Source of the DNA: Felis catus
Lineage: Eukaryota
Direction: 5' to 3'
Assembly: GCF_018350175.1 (NCBI RefSeq)
Contig: NC_058368.1
Span: 234,672,001-234,736,000 of the forward strand
Length of the DNA stretch: 64,000 bases
In this document: positions 1 to 11,516 of the stretch, in pieces
How positions within the stretch are numbered: the first letter of the stretch is position 1
How the letters are laid out: every line of letters begins with the position of its first letter
Position numbers and translations under genes: made by a program
The notes under the pieces: model-generated
Seen by the model: the letters and a program-made list of their open reading frames with translations, nothing else
What the model was told of the DNA's origin: nothing
Database searches by the model: none

Positions 1-237
1 CAAGAGACATAGACAGGGAGGGGGAAGCCATGTGAAGACAGAGGCAGAAACTGGAGGGACACGTCTGGAAGCCAAGGGGCCCCAAGGGCTCCCAGTGACA
101 CCGGAAGCTATAGGACGGCATGGAGCAGAATTCCCCTCAGACCCTCCAAAAGGAGCCCACCTTGTCAGCGCCTTGGTTTCAGATGCCTGGTTTCCAGAAC
201 TGTTAGAAAATAGATTTCTGTTGATTAAGCCACTCAG
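1..237 (+). mobile_element. MaLR solo LTR fragment (MLT1B/C-like), cut by the window start
   Basis: Contains GCCATGTGAAGACAGAGGCAGA...GAAGCCAAGG...TTCCAGAACTGT..AAATAGATTTCTGTTG..TAAGCCAC, typical of an MLT1 3' half. Confidence 0.75.
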
Positions 238-619
238 AGAGGGGAGCCTGGGGGCAGGAGAAACACCACTCACCAGCCACGGGACACCCTTGACGCCCCT
301 GAAAGGCTCAGAGCCCAGTGTGGGTCTGGCTTGGGGCAAACTGAGTTTGGGTTTGTCCCTCTCGTCTCTCCCCTTCTCTCTCCTTTCCATGAAGGGCCCA
401 AGCCCCAGAACTTGGCTCTCCTACTCCTCTTCACACCTTCAGGAAACCTAAATGGTCCTGGTCAAGTCCAGTGAGACATGTCTAGGATTATTGCTTTGAT
501 TCCATTGTCAAGCTCTTGCTGAAAACATGACTTATTCATCTTTGTTAGAATAATTCAGTCCCATTCAGAGAATAGCTGAGTGACCACCCTCTCCCTAATA
601 CTTTTGTGGACATTATCGT

Positions 620-785
620 GTGCCCTCCTCAGTACTCTGTGACATGGAATGACTTTTGTCCTTGCTTTGCAGTCGGCAGTGCATGGGGCAAGCCGGTGGT
701 CAGGACACTCCTGGTGAGGGTGGGGTCGGGATTTGAACCCAGGTCCACAGAGACTGGATCCAAGGTAGTTGCTTTCTCCTTCCAC
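620..785 (-). mobile_element. MIR SINE relic
   Basis: GGGATTTGAACCCAGGTC..GACT..ATCCAAG resembles the MIR head in reverse. Confidence 0.5.
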
Positions 786-3246
786 ACAGAGCATTTCATT
801 AATCCACAGGGCCTCTTAGAAATCACATTTCCTCGGCGATAAAATTATAAATGCTTGTTACTGAAAATTTGGAAAACATGGAAGGGTACAAAAAGACTAT
901 AAACACCAACTATTCTCCCAACAGAGAAAAATCATTATTACGCTTGAAATACTTAATTTTCTTCCAAACATCATATTATACCTTTGCAAAGTAGACACAG
1001 AGTCATTTCATGTAAGTTTATTTTTCACCCTCTCTCCTCCTTAACAATGTGTCATGAGCACACTGTGTCCTTCAGTACCGTTTGGAAATACCACGGCTGC
1101 CTGGGATTCATCTTGAGGATAAATTGTGATGCTTCCAACCCAGGGTCATGCATTCAAACTTTGTCTAATTTTCCCTTTCAGAAGCAATCCCATTGTGATC
1201 ATCTTTGTACATAAATGTGTGTCTGTGTTTTTGACTGTTTTCTTGGGAAAGGATCCCCCCCGAAAGGGTCATTTCAAAGTGTTTCCAAAGGCAGCTTTGG
1301 CTCCTGGCTACCACGTCGGTGCTTCTAGGGGTTCTTTATTTTTCAAAACAGAACATAAGGAGGTATTACGTCTTGAGATGCGGAGAGAAGCTCTGGTTAG
1401 AAGAAGGCTTAGTTGAAGGACACCTCTGTCGATGTGTCTGTTTACTGCCCTCTGGCATCAGATCTGGGTGACTTGGAGTCTCATTTCCTCATGCTTTTTG
1501 GAAGCTGGAAGAGAGGTGCTCTCACGGGTCTGGCAAGATGAACAAGCTACCGTGTCCTGAGAGCTCCAGAGGCCCACCTTTCCCCGACCAGGTTGCTTCC
1601 CACACTAGAGTGGCATAGATGTCCCCTGGTGAGAGCCGCATGGAGCTTCCTGGGTGGGTGGGTGGGGGGTGTCCCTGCCTACTGCATGGGAAGGGCACAC
1701 CCTCTGCAGGTACTGAGCTCAAAGGATCACACATGCTCTATCACTTCCTTGCTTGTCGATTTTCCAATAAACTGTGACATCAAATCCTGTCCTATATCCT
1801 GTGACATCAAATCCTGCCAATGGCATGACTTGGAGCCTCTTTTGAGTGACAGGGATGGTAACTCGGGTGGAGCTTTCTCAACTTATAAAGTACCAGGTAA
1901 CCACCTCATATGGGGTGAGTGCTTGTAATTCCTCTCTGGTCCTCTGGGGACCACCTTTTGCTTTGTGACCTCCAGTGTTGGTGGAACAGCTGTTGGCTCT
2001 GTCACTGGGCTCCTGGGGATGGTACCAGCGACTGGTCTGTGAGAATGGGACTGGCCACATGCACGTGCCGCTCACTGGGGAGTCATTAGTTAACATCAGT
2101 GAGTGCTTTTCTTATTCAAGGTCATGGCGCCGCATGAGAGATTTTATACACAGATAGACCAGATACACGATTGCATCTGAATTTCAATAGCAATGATACT
2201 AGAAGTAGTCATCATCTTGAGAAGTTTAAAATTACAAAGATTGGAAAATAGGAAAATAAAAATTTCCTTCCAGATAATGTAATTGTGTACATAAATAGAT
2301 GGATAGAATTTATAATAAGGATAGCCAGGTTGATAATGTATAAAAAGTTTTTTGTTTTTTTTAATTGCTGTATATGAGCCACAGAGACAGGCTGCTGCCC
2401 ATTAAGCAGTCTGTTTTCTGGGATTGGGCTTTTGGAACTCTATTGCAAATGGGCAGGGGTGAAATGAGGGCTTCCCCTCTCTCCTCCCCACTCCCTGCTC
2501 CTTCTTCTCCCTTTTCTGCTTCTTCTCCCCTCCTGCCCACCTTCCCACCGCTACCCCTCTCCCTTCTGTCCCCTCCTCCTGACCACAGTCTGGACCCCAG
2601 TGAGCAGAGCTGGTCTAACATGTGGCTTTGGGAGGTGATGTGTGGGCTTCTGAGAGATGAGACCTCTGTGCAAGGGTGTATGTACCCTCACCACCTGTTG
2701 CTGTGAATTCGCCCCTGGGGGTAAGTCATGCTTGCTGATGAACTGCAATCGTGTGACCTAGGAGCACTAACCCAGTGGCTGGAAAGCACCCAGGAACACA
2801 TTATGACACATTCACCTTGCTCAGGTCCTTATCTTCACGTGGGGTTCCTGTCGTGGATACACGTTCCTACATACAATGTAGCAGAAGGCCCACTTCAGTT
2901 ATACTTCAGTGGGGATTGTGGAGATTAGTCTTAATTAATCTTATTTACCTTGAGGTCCTCTACGGAGTGGTTTTAACTTCTACAAAAGAACAAGGACAGT
3001 ACTTCTAATTGGGATAATCTTAGTGAAACAGTGTAAAAGAAATCCAAGATTACGTGAGTAATAATTCCATTAAAAGAGGCTTTCTATACATACAGGAAAG
3101 CATTATGCTGAAATTAGAACTTTCTTCCTAATTCTCTTGACTTTTAAATCTTTGAATTGTGCCTAAACATTACTTTATTGATGGTGGCATGCCTTAACGT
3201 AATAATGTTCTGTTGTAAAATAACCCTTTATAGGTGCAGAGTTTTA

Positions 3247-3475
3247 TTTATTTTTTTTTTAATTTTTTTTTTCAACGTTTATTTATTTTTGGGACAGAGA
3301 GAGACAGAGCATGAACGGGGGAGGGGCAGAGAGAGAGGGAGACACAGAATCGGAAACAGGCTCCAGGCTCTGAGCCATCAGCCCAGAGCCTGACGCGGGG
3401 CTCGAACTCACGGACCGCGAGATCGTGACCTGGCTGAAGTCGGACGCTTAACCGACTGCACCACCCAGGCGCCCC
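3247..3475 (-). mobile_element. Young felid Can-SINE (SINEC_Fc)
   Basis: Ends CCACCCAGGCGCCCC, CpGs retained, T-rich tail; perfect 18-bp TSD TATAGGTGCAGAGTTTTA at 3229-3246 and 3476-3493. Confidence 0.97.
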
Positions 3476-4239
3476 TATAGGTGCAGAGTTTTAAACAGAG
3501 AAAGCATTCTTCAGATAATAGGCTTTTATAGGTATTTGAGCTTGTATCTTTGTCATAAAATGTACTTCATCCCCTAGACTGCACAATCTTTTTATGCCGT
3601 CCATGGGGGTGTTCACAGGTATTCAATTAGCTGTCTCCCTCTCTGAGGGAGAAAGACATTGAGAATTACAGGAAAACAATAATAGCAGATAAGCTACGAA
3701 GATCCAAGTGTGGTTCACGTATATGAAGCTTGCTTGTTTGGACTTTTCTGAGCAGAAGTGGCACGCATAATGTTTCCCTGCTAGTGTCCCAAGGTGGCCG
3801 CGTACAATGGAGCTAGTTCATGGAAGTTACCCCTTCGTGGTGTTTTAGAGGGTTTGAATTCATGTTGTCTGCTCCCCTGGCAGAGGCCGAGCTGATCACC
3901 TCCACTGGCTCTGGTCTATGAATTTCAGCTACCCTCACTCTACCTTCTTTCTGTATTTCCTGAATGTAATAGGATTGTGGGGATTATGACGAACACATTC
4001 ATTGGAGCCTGGCTTTTGGTGTCCATTTGGAATTATCAAGAAGCTTGGTCCACTAGAAAATATGCTGTCCATCGTATTGATTTAAGAAGAGTAATTGATG
4101 TGTGGTATTTTGTCCCACTGGAAATACGAGAAATGATTTCTTATGTTGTATTTAACATTTTTTCACCACGATCACCTGCTGAAATAATAAATTCAAAATT
4201 AAGTTGGTAGAAACCCTGCCTAAAATTGACAGATTTTTT

Positions 4240-4461
4240 AAAAAAAAGTTAATGTTTATTTTTGAGAGAGAGAGAGAGAGAGAGCACGTGTTGGGGAGGG
4301 GCAGACACACACACACACACACACACACACAGAATCTGAAGCAGGCTCCAGGCTCCGAGATGTCAGCACAGAGTCCGACATGGGGCTCAAACTCACAAAT
4401 TGTGAGCTCGTGACCTGAGCCGAAGTTGGGCGCTTAACTGACTGGGCCACCCAGGCACCCC
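4240..4461 (-). mobile_element. Can-SINE
   Basis: (GA)n/(CA)n linker and GCCACCCAGGCACCCC end; TSD AAAA[T/C]TGACAGATTTTTT on both sides. Confidence 0.95.
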
Positions 4462-5082
4462 AAAACTGACAGATTTTTTTAAGAACAAGGGAGATTTGAG
4501 AAACCTGGTGTCCCTTGTTCTGGAAGGTTCTGTACCAGGCCAGTTTGGGAGGGTGGCTGTGCCTTCCTCCCGTCCCCTGCCCCTGTGGGGAATGGAGGGC
4601 ATGGGGCCGCAGGTTATTTAAGGAAGGATGCTGACAGTTTGACTGTGACACATGCCTGTATCTTCTGTTCGGGATACAATTAGAAAGAGCCCTGATTCTG
4701 GCAGGCTCCAGGTTGTAAGGTGCGGACTTGTGTGTCCTGTCCTTTGCAGTATTTCTGGCCATAGCTGAGAGGAGTGAGGGACCGTTCAGGGATATCTGCT
4801 TATAGCACAGAGCAGAGCCTCAGATGTTGAATTTGCTTCTGAACATTTTACAAGGAGCCTGGCATACAGTGTCGACAAATATTTGCTGAATGAATAAATA
4901 AATAGTCTAGAGTGTCTCTCCTTTTTTTAACCCTTCATTCACTTAAAAAAAATTTTTTTTTTCTCCTGAAGTAGAATGCACACACAGAGAAGTGCACAAC
5001 CATAAATGTGGCATTTAGGAGATGACACTATGAAACATCCCCGTGTCACCTTGTCACCGGCCACCTAATTCAGAGAGAAGAC

Positions 5083-5419
5083 TGTGTTGGTCCACTCAGG
5101 CTGCTATAAAAAAGTACCCGCCAGGTGGCTTATAAGCAACAGAAATGTATTTTTCCATGTTCTGGAGGGTGGAAGTCTGATTTCCCGGTACAAGTGTGGT
5201 ACCAGGCGTTCCAGATCGCAGACTTAATCGCTCTGTCCTCACCCAGAAGAAGTGGGGAGGGGGCTCTCTGGGCCTCTTTTGTGAGCACACTAATCTCATT
5301 GGTCAGGGCTCCACCTTAGGAACCTCATCACCTCCCCAGAGCCCCACCCGCTAATTACATCACCTTGCTCATTTTCAACATACGGATTTTGGGGGGACGC
5401 AAACATGCAGATCATAGCA
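5083..5419 (-). mobile_element. MaLR solo LTR (MLT1A-like)
   Basis: TG...CA ends; CAGGCTGCTATAAAAAAGTACC...GGTGGCTTATAAGCAACAGAAAT...AAACATGCAGATCATAGCA. Confidence 0.85.
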
Positions 5420-5500
5420 AGAATGTTTGCAGCCCTCCGGAAGCCCCTCTCCTCCTCCAGATCACTGCCCTTCCCCTCCCCTTAAAGACCATCAACATGC

Positions 5501-5592
5501 GGGACGCCTGGGTGGTTCAGTTGGGTCCCCCTCATGCTCTGTCTCTCTCTCTTTCTCTCTCTCTGTCAAAAATAAAATAAAAATTTTCAAAA
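5501..5592 (+). mobile_element. Internally deleted Can-SINE
   Basis: Head GGGACGCCTGGGTGGTTCAGTTGG joined directly to CCCCCTCATGCTCTGTCTC...AATAAA; 17-bp TSD AAAGACCATCAACATGC at 5484-5500 and 5593-5609. Confidence 0.9.
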
Positions 5593-6500
5593 AAAGACCA
5601 TCAACATGCTGACTTTTGTCAGCTCCTCTTTGCGGGTACACCTGGCAGGCAGCATCCTGAGCCCACACGCCGTTCTCGGTAAATGGAATCAATCAGTATG
5701 TTTCCCTCTGCGTCTGGCTTCTTCTGTTCCCCGCACGTGGGTGATGGTCACTTGCGTCGTTGTGTGTGGTTCTTTAGCTTTCGTGGCTGTTTGGAATTCT
5801 GTTGTGTGACTGCATAACAAATTATTCAGCTATCCTGCTGTTAATGGACATCTGGGCTGTGGACATCATGGCTCTGGCTCTTACAAAGATCCCTCCCTAA
5901 GCGTCACTCTGTGTGGCCCCTCGTCACCTGTGTGTGTGGCTCTGTAGAGGGTACACCCAGGCAGTGCTGACCCTGGATCAGGGCAAGAGGGCCCCTTGCT
6001 GGGCTGTGCATAGAATAACCACAGCAAACCACACATTTATTTAGGGACACACGGCATCTTTCCCATTCAGCACCTGTCTCTCTGTGCAGCGTGACCCTTA
6101 ATCCCAGACCTCTTATCTGGTGACTGACACCATCAGGCCCCCACATAAACTTCCTCACATTGGATCTGTGTTTTAAGAGCAAAGAAAAGGCTCTGAGTGC
6201 CAGAAAGGGGGTGTGAGTTGCCCCAGGCTTTGCAGTGAGGGAGCTGCTAGAGGGGCTTGGCGGAGTGCCAGGTGTAGTGGGCCATGATGGGAAGCATGAT
6301 GGCAAATCTACTCATTGGCTTGTGGAAGGATTTCGATGCAAGAATTGTGAGTAGCTTTATATGTATAAACCATTTAATAGGATTAAATTATAGTTTAGAA
6401 ATTTATATAATTACAGCTTTATTTGTATAACTTGGATATAAAATTCTTGACTTTATTAATTATGATGTGTGTTTGACCTTTAATTTAAAAAATTAATTTA

Positions 6501-6625
6501 GGGGCACCTGGGTGGCTCAGTCGGTTACGTGTCTAACTCTTGGTTTTGGCTCAGCCCATGATCCCAGGATCGTGGGATAGAGCCCTGTGTCCAGCTCTGT
6601 GCTAACAGTGTGGAGCCTGCTTGGG

Positions 6626-6670
<45 letters not shown>

Positions 6671-6735
6671 CCTCTACTTGCTCTCTCTCTCTCTCTCTCT
6701 CTCAAAGTAAATAAATAAAATTTAAAAATATTTTG
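6501..6735 (+). mobile_element. Can-SINE (older carnivore subfamily)
   Basis: GGGGCACCTGGGTGGCTCAG head, GGAGCCTGCTTGGGATTCTCTC, (CT)n, A-rich tail. Confidence 0.93.
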
Positions 6736-6808
6736 AAAAAATTAGTTTAAATATTTTAGGAAAAGAACTCTTTGGGAAAATACAAGTATTTTAAAATTAT
6801 AAATTCTT

Positions 6809-7024
6809 GGGGCACCTGGGTGGCTCCGTCAGTTAAGTGTCTGACGTCGACTCAGGTCATGGTCTCATGGTGTGTGAGTTCGAGCCCTGCGTTGGGCTCT
6901 GTGCTGACAGCTCAGAGCCTGGAGCCTGTTTCAGATTCTGTGTCTCCCCCTCTCTCTGCCCCTCTCTCTCTCTCCCTCTCTCTCTCTCTCTCAAAAATAA
7001 ATAAACACTAAAAACATGTTTTTT
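6809..7024 (+). mobile_element. Can-SINE
   Basis: Full head-to-tail copy; TSD AATTATAAATTCTT at 6795-6808 and 7025-7038. Confidence 0.95.
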
Positions 7025-7038
7025 AATTATAAATTCTT

Positions 7039-7236
7039 TAAGAAAAAAATTTTAATGTTTATTTATTTTTGCGAATAGGGGAGAGCAGAGAGAGAGAGAA
7101 ACATAGAATCTGAAACAGGCTCCAGGCTCTGAGCTGTCAGCACAGAGCCCGATGTGGGGCTGGAATCCACGAACTGCAAGATCATGACCTGAGCCGAAGT
7201 CAGACGCTTAACAGACTGATCCACCCAGGTGCCCCC
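7039..7236 (-). mobile_element. Can-SINE, tail-to-tail with the previous copy
   Basis: Reverse SINE ending CCACCCAGGTGCCCCC; flanked by AATTATAAATTCTT at 7025-7038 and 7238-7251. Confidence 0.95.
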
Positions 7237-8050
7237 AAATTATAAATTCTTAACATTATTTCAAAACATTTACAGACTTCCATATTTCATGACTTAATTT
7301 ATATTTTGGTGGAAGTTTATTCAAATGTATACATTCAAGTAACATTTTATTGTATATTTTAATCTGAAATACATATTATAAGGTAAAAAGTTACTTTAGA
7401 TCATGGAGAATAAAATGTAAATTAATTTTTGTGTATTTGTGGAAACAGAATATGGAAACAGGGCTCAGAAATGAAAAGCTAAAAACAGAAGTAAGTTTTT
7501 CAGAGGGTGCCCTGCTTCGATTGAAAAAGCAATCTGGAAACAAGGAAATTAAGCAGACTTTTGTCAAGTGTGACTCGCATGAAATTTACAAACAGGATAT
7601 TATAAATTTTATAATTAGATTTAATTAGTGAAACAATAATGAAAATGAGCATAAAGTTATTCTCACCAAATAGAAAAGGAGGTCAGATAAAAATCTTTTA
7701 TTTGTTAGTAAGGGAAGGTCGAAGTTTGGATCAAACAATGGAAATGGAAAAGAGGAATTCTTACCAAATCTGCAACCAGAAGCCGCAGACAGAGCCCCGC
7801 CTGCTGCCGTGATGAGGGGACATTCACGACACTGGTAAGTTGGGCAAGAACGTGGAGACCTCCGCACATCGTCTTGATAGTGTGTGAATGTTTCTAGCAA
7901 ACAGTCTGATTCAAACTGGTGAATCAGATTTTCCCTTCGGTAGGTCTGACAGAACACTTAGTGTTTTACATCAAAATTAAATTATTTCTAGCGGAAAAAG
8001 AAAGTACGGAGACCAACTTTTATAGTTTAGGTTTAAAGGCAAAGTATTTT

Positions 8051-9757
8051 ATTTTTGTGTGTGGTGTAAGAAAGTGGCCCAGTCTTCCCCGGTTATTGTG
8101 GAGCCAGTCACTGGGAGCAGAAGAGTCCCCCCAGGGCACCCTGTACCAGGTGACGTCGTGAGTCCCTCACGCCAACCAGCACAAGCGCAGGAAGTTTTTG
8201 GAGATGGGGGAGCTGTAGGTCAGCTTGAAGACCTCTGACCTCAGAAGAACAAACGCTTCTCAGGCATCATCAGGCTGAAGTCCACTCCCTGCCCTACGTT
8301 CTCTGTCTGTGTTTTGGGGGACCAGCAGCCCTGCAATGAGGCCAAGGCTGTGGTGTTCCCCACATGGACATCGGGGCACCAACGAAACTCAGCAGAAATA
8401 AAAACTTAGTCAAGAAGCTGGATTAGAAGTATGATGCCGTTTTGGCTTCAGAATCTGTGCTCAAGCAGATCCCACGAATCCTGGTCCAGGACTGAATAAG
8501 GCTGGCAAATTCCCCTCTTTGCTGACCTCCCATGAGAACATCATGGCCAAAGGGGATGAAGTGAAGTCCACGATCAAATCCCAGATGAAGAGGGTGCTGT
8601 GTCTGGCCTTGGCCATCAGCCATGTGAAAATGACAGATGATGGGCTTGTGAACAACATCCAGTTAGCTGTGAATTGGTGAACGTCTGGGCTTTATACATC
8701 GAGAGCACCATGGGCAAGCCCCAACGCCTGCACTAAGGCACAGCTTGATAATCCCTAGTGCTGTCAAACAAACAAAGAAACAAACAAACAAGTAAGTGAA
8801 GGAATAAATAACGTGGCCCGACTCTTTTGCATGTCGCTGTCCAGTTTTCTCAATACCATTTGTTGAAGAGATTGTCTTCTTCCCATTGGATATTCATTCA
8901 TGCTTTGTGGAAGATGAGTTGACCATATAGTTCTGGGTCCATTTCTGGGGTTTCTATTCTGTTCGATTGATCTATGTGTCTGTTTTTGTGCCAGTACCAT
9001 ACTGTCTTGATGATTACAGCTTTGTAATATAGCTTAGGTCTGGAATTGTCATGCCTCCAGCTTTGGTTTGCTTTGTCAAGACTTCTTTGTCTATCGGGGG
9101 TCGTTTTTGGTTCCATACACATTTTAGGATCGTTTGTTCTAGCTCTGTGAAAAATGCTGGTGGTATTTTGATAGAGACTGCGTTGAATGTGTAGTTTGTT
9201 TTGGGTAGTGTCAACGTTTTAACAATATAGGATCTTCCAATCCATGAGCATAGAAAGTTTTTCCATTTTTTGTGTGTCTTCAGTTTCTCTCATAAGTGTT
9301 CTATAGTTTTCAGAGTACAGATCTTTTGCTTCTTTGACTGCGTTTATTCCTAGGTATCTTACGGTTTTTGGTGCAATTGTAAATGGTATCAGTTCCTTGA
9401 TTTCTCTTTCTGCTTCTTCACTATTGGTGTATAGAAATGCAACCGATTTCTGTACATTGATTTTGTATCCTGCAACTTTACTGAATTTGTATATCACTTC
9501 TAGCAATTTTTTAGTGGAGTCTTTCGGGTTTTCTGTATAGAATATCATGTTGTCTGTGAATAGGGAAATTTTTACTGCTTCCTTGCCATTTTGGAGGCCT
9601 TTTATTTCTTTTTGTTGTCTGATTTCTGTGGCTAGGACTTCAGTACTATGTTAAAAAACAGTGTTGAATCACTAAATTGTACACCAGAAACTAATATTAT
9701 ACTGTATGTTAACAAAATTGAATTTAATAAAAAGTAAAAAAAAAAAAAAAAAAAAAG
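8051..9757 (+). mobile_element. 5'-inverted (twin-primed) carnivore L1 insertion
   Basis: Antisense ORF2 at 8051-8083 and ~8820-9663 (ORF track peptides ..[21 protein letters not shown].., ..ENPKDSTKKLLE..FSKVAGYKINVQKSVAFLYTN..). Sense L1 3' terminus 9660-9735 plus A21. Perfect TSD AAAGGCAAAGTATTTT at 8035-8050 and 9758-9773. Confidence 0.93.
8084..8810 (+). pseudogene. RPL10A: Processed pseudogene of 60S ribosomal protein L10a (uL1)
   Basis: Intronless and collinear with RPL10A mRNA as recalled: pyrimidine-rich 5' end, [58 protein letters not shown] then TAA at 8734-8736, then a decayed A-rich tail. Start codon lost, with frameshifts, internal stops and a deletion near 8675. Confidence 0.95.
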
Positions 9758-9868
9758 AAAGGCAAAGTATTTTGTAACTTTTCTACTTTTTATGACTTAG
9801 CTTTCGCCACCATGTTATTTGTGGCTGGAAACATCCGAGTTCTCAATTATAAGAACACAAAACATCCC

Positions 9869-10083
9869 AGGGCTCCTGGGTGGCTCAGTTGGTTAAGTGA
9901 CCCACTGCAGCTCAGGTCCTGATCTTGCGGTCCGTGAGTTTGAGCCCCGCGTCAGGCTCGGTGCTAACAGCCTGGAGTCTGCTCCGGATTCTGTGTCTCC
10001 CTTGCTCTCTGCCCCTCCCCCACTTATGCTCTGTCTCTCTCTCTGTCTCTCTCTCAAAAATAAACATTAAAAAATTTTTTAAA
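9869..10083 (+). mobile_element. Can-SINE inserted in the hAT transposase
   Basis: 18-bp TSD AAGAACACAAAACATCCC at 9851-9868 and 10084-10101. Confidence 0.95.
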
Positions 10084-11302
10084 AAGAACACAAAACATCC
10101 CTTGCACATAAAAATCACACAGGTGTAATTACTACCATGAAAAGAAATCTGTACAACAAACAACCAAGAATCTTCAAGAAAGACACGTGAACATTGAAAT
10201 ACACGGAGGTGGTGTTTCTCAAAGAATGTTCTGTCCAATATTCAGCAAACATGATAATGTTTTTTCTGTGTGATGCCACTAGTACAATATTTATAGAAAA
10301 TGATAGACATTTCTTAGTTTTGTACATATGATTTCAAAATGAGATGATAGAATGGTTGGATGTGGAATATAGAAAAAAATGAATGCATGTGAACATGATC
10401 AAGGATGGAAAATTCAAGTGAGATCCATATTTTAATGGATAAAACAGTGAGAGAAAAAAATCATACATAAATGTTTAAAAAAGTAAACACTACTCACTTA
10501 AACTAGATTGTACCAAGGACAAATGTCCTGTCGAACAACTAACGTTTTTGGTATGTGATGTTAACTATCATACAAAAGAAAACAGGGACTTCAAAAGGAG
10601 TGGTTATGTCATTGGTTTTATATCTGTTGTAAAATGTATAGGTTTTGACTTACGTAAGAGACAAGATAAATACTTTGAGTTTTAGGCATTGATTTAAAAG
10701 ATAGTTGAGGGACTATGGTAAAGGCACTAAGACTATATTAGTCAAGAGGAGAGCTTACAAACCAGAATTTTAGCTGAAAATCCATTTGTTACTGGGAGTC
10801 ATGACTCAATTATATCCATATTTGTAGCAATGAATGCAATAATTATATATGTTATTTTCTTTATCTTCCCAGAGGTGGAATATCTTATCAAATTTGACCT
10901 TTCAATCATTCTCAAACACCTGAAGGGAATACCAAATAGATGCCGGTAGAGAAATCAGATTTTATTTTGACGAGATACAATATTTATTAGAAGAGTTAAG
11001 TAAAACAACAAATGACTCTCAACTAAAAATTAATATGGTCCTTAGCACACAAATCAAATAAATGTTGAATCTGCATCCTACACAGTCATGGGGTATGAAC
11101 TCAGGCTTGCTAATGATATGTAGCAAAAAGCATACACAAAATCCAAATCGGTATTTAGGTATAAATAGTTTTGTAATGTTTTTGTTTAAAAAAGTGGACT
11201 TTGCTCATGTGATACATGCATGGAAGGTGCCAGTCCAACAAAACTTGAAAACTTAGAACCCAGAAATGAAAATGTTTGCATGTGTATGAAAAAGAGTGTG
11301 CA

Positions 11303-11516
11303 TTTTTATGTGTATTTATTTTTGAGAGAGAGAGAGAGAGAGAGCACGAGAGAGAGCAGGAGAGGGCAGAGAGAGAGGGAGACACAGAATCCAAAGCAAG
11401 TTCTAGGCTCTGAGCAGTCAGCACCGAGCCCGACGTGGGGCTCGAACTCACAAACCGTGAGATCATGACCTAAGCTGAAGTCAGATGCTTAACCAGCTTA
11501 GCCACCCAGGCACCCT
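11303..11516 (-). mobile_element. Can-SINE
   Basis: (GA)n, GACACAGAATCC, GCCACCCAGGCACCC; degenerate TSD AGAGTGTG[C/T]ATT. Confidence 0.92.

Larger units (their letters stand above)
4955..5960 (-). mobile_element. Old L1 (L1ME-like) 3' end, interrupted by an MLT1A LTR and a SINE
   Basis: GAAGTGCACAACCATAAATGT..., TAAATGGAATCAATCAGTATG, CTGTTAATGGACATCTGGGCTG resemble reverse L1ME 3' sequence. Confidence 0.6.

Noticed and set aside
3247..3475. tRNA genes suggested by A/B-box motifs
   Set aside because: These are tRNA-derived SINE heads followed by (CT)n, an A-tail and TSDs.
4256..4762. 168-aa ORF and many similar ORFs containing SLSLSL, ERERER or TSAQV..SSSP
   Set aside because: Translations of Can-SINE bodies and their (CT)n tracts.
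5962..6005. Definite 5' terminal inverted repeat of the hAT element (CAGTGCTGACCC..)
   Set aside because: Resembles Tip100-type ends but overlaps L1ME-like sequence, and no matching 3' TIR or 8-bp TSD was found; used only as an approximate boundary.
8084..8810. Functional RPL10A gene or retrogene
   Set aside because: Start codon lost, with frameshifts, premature stops and an internal deletion.
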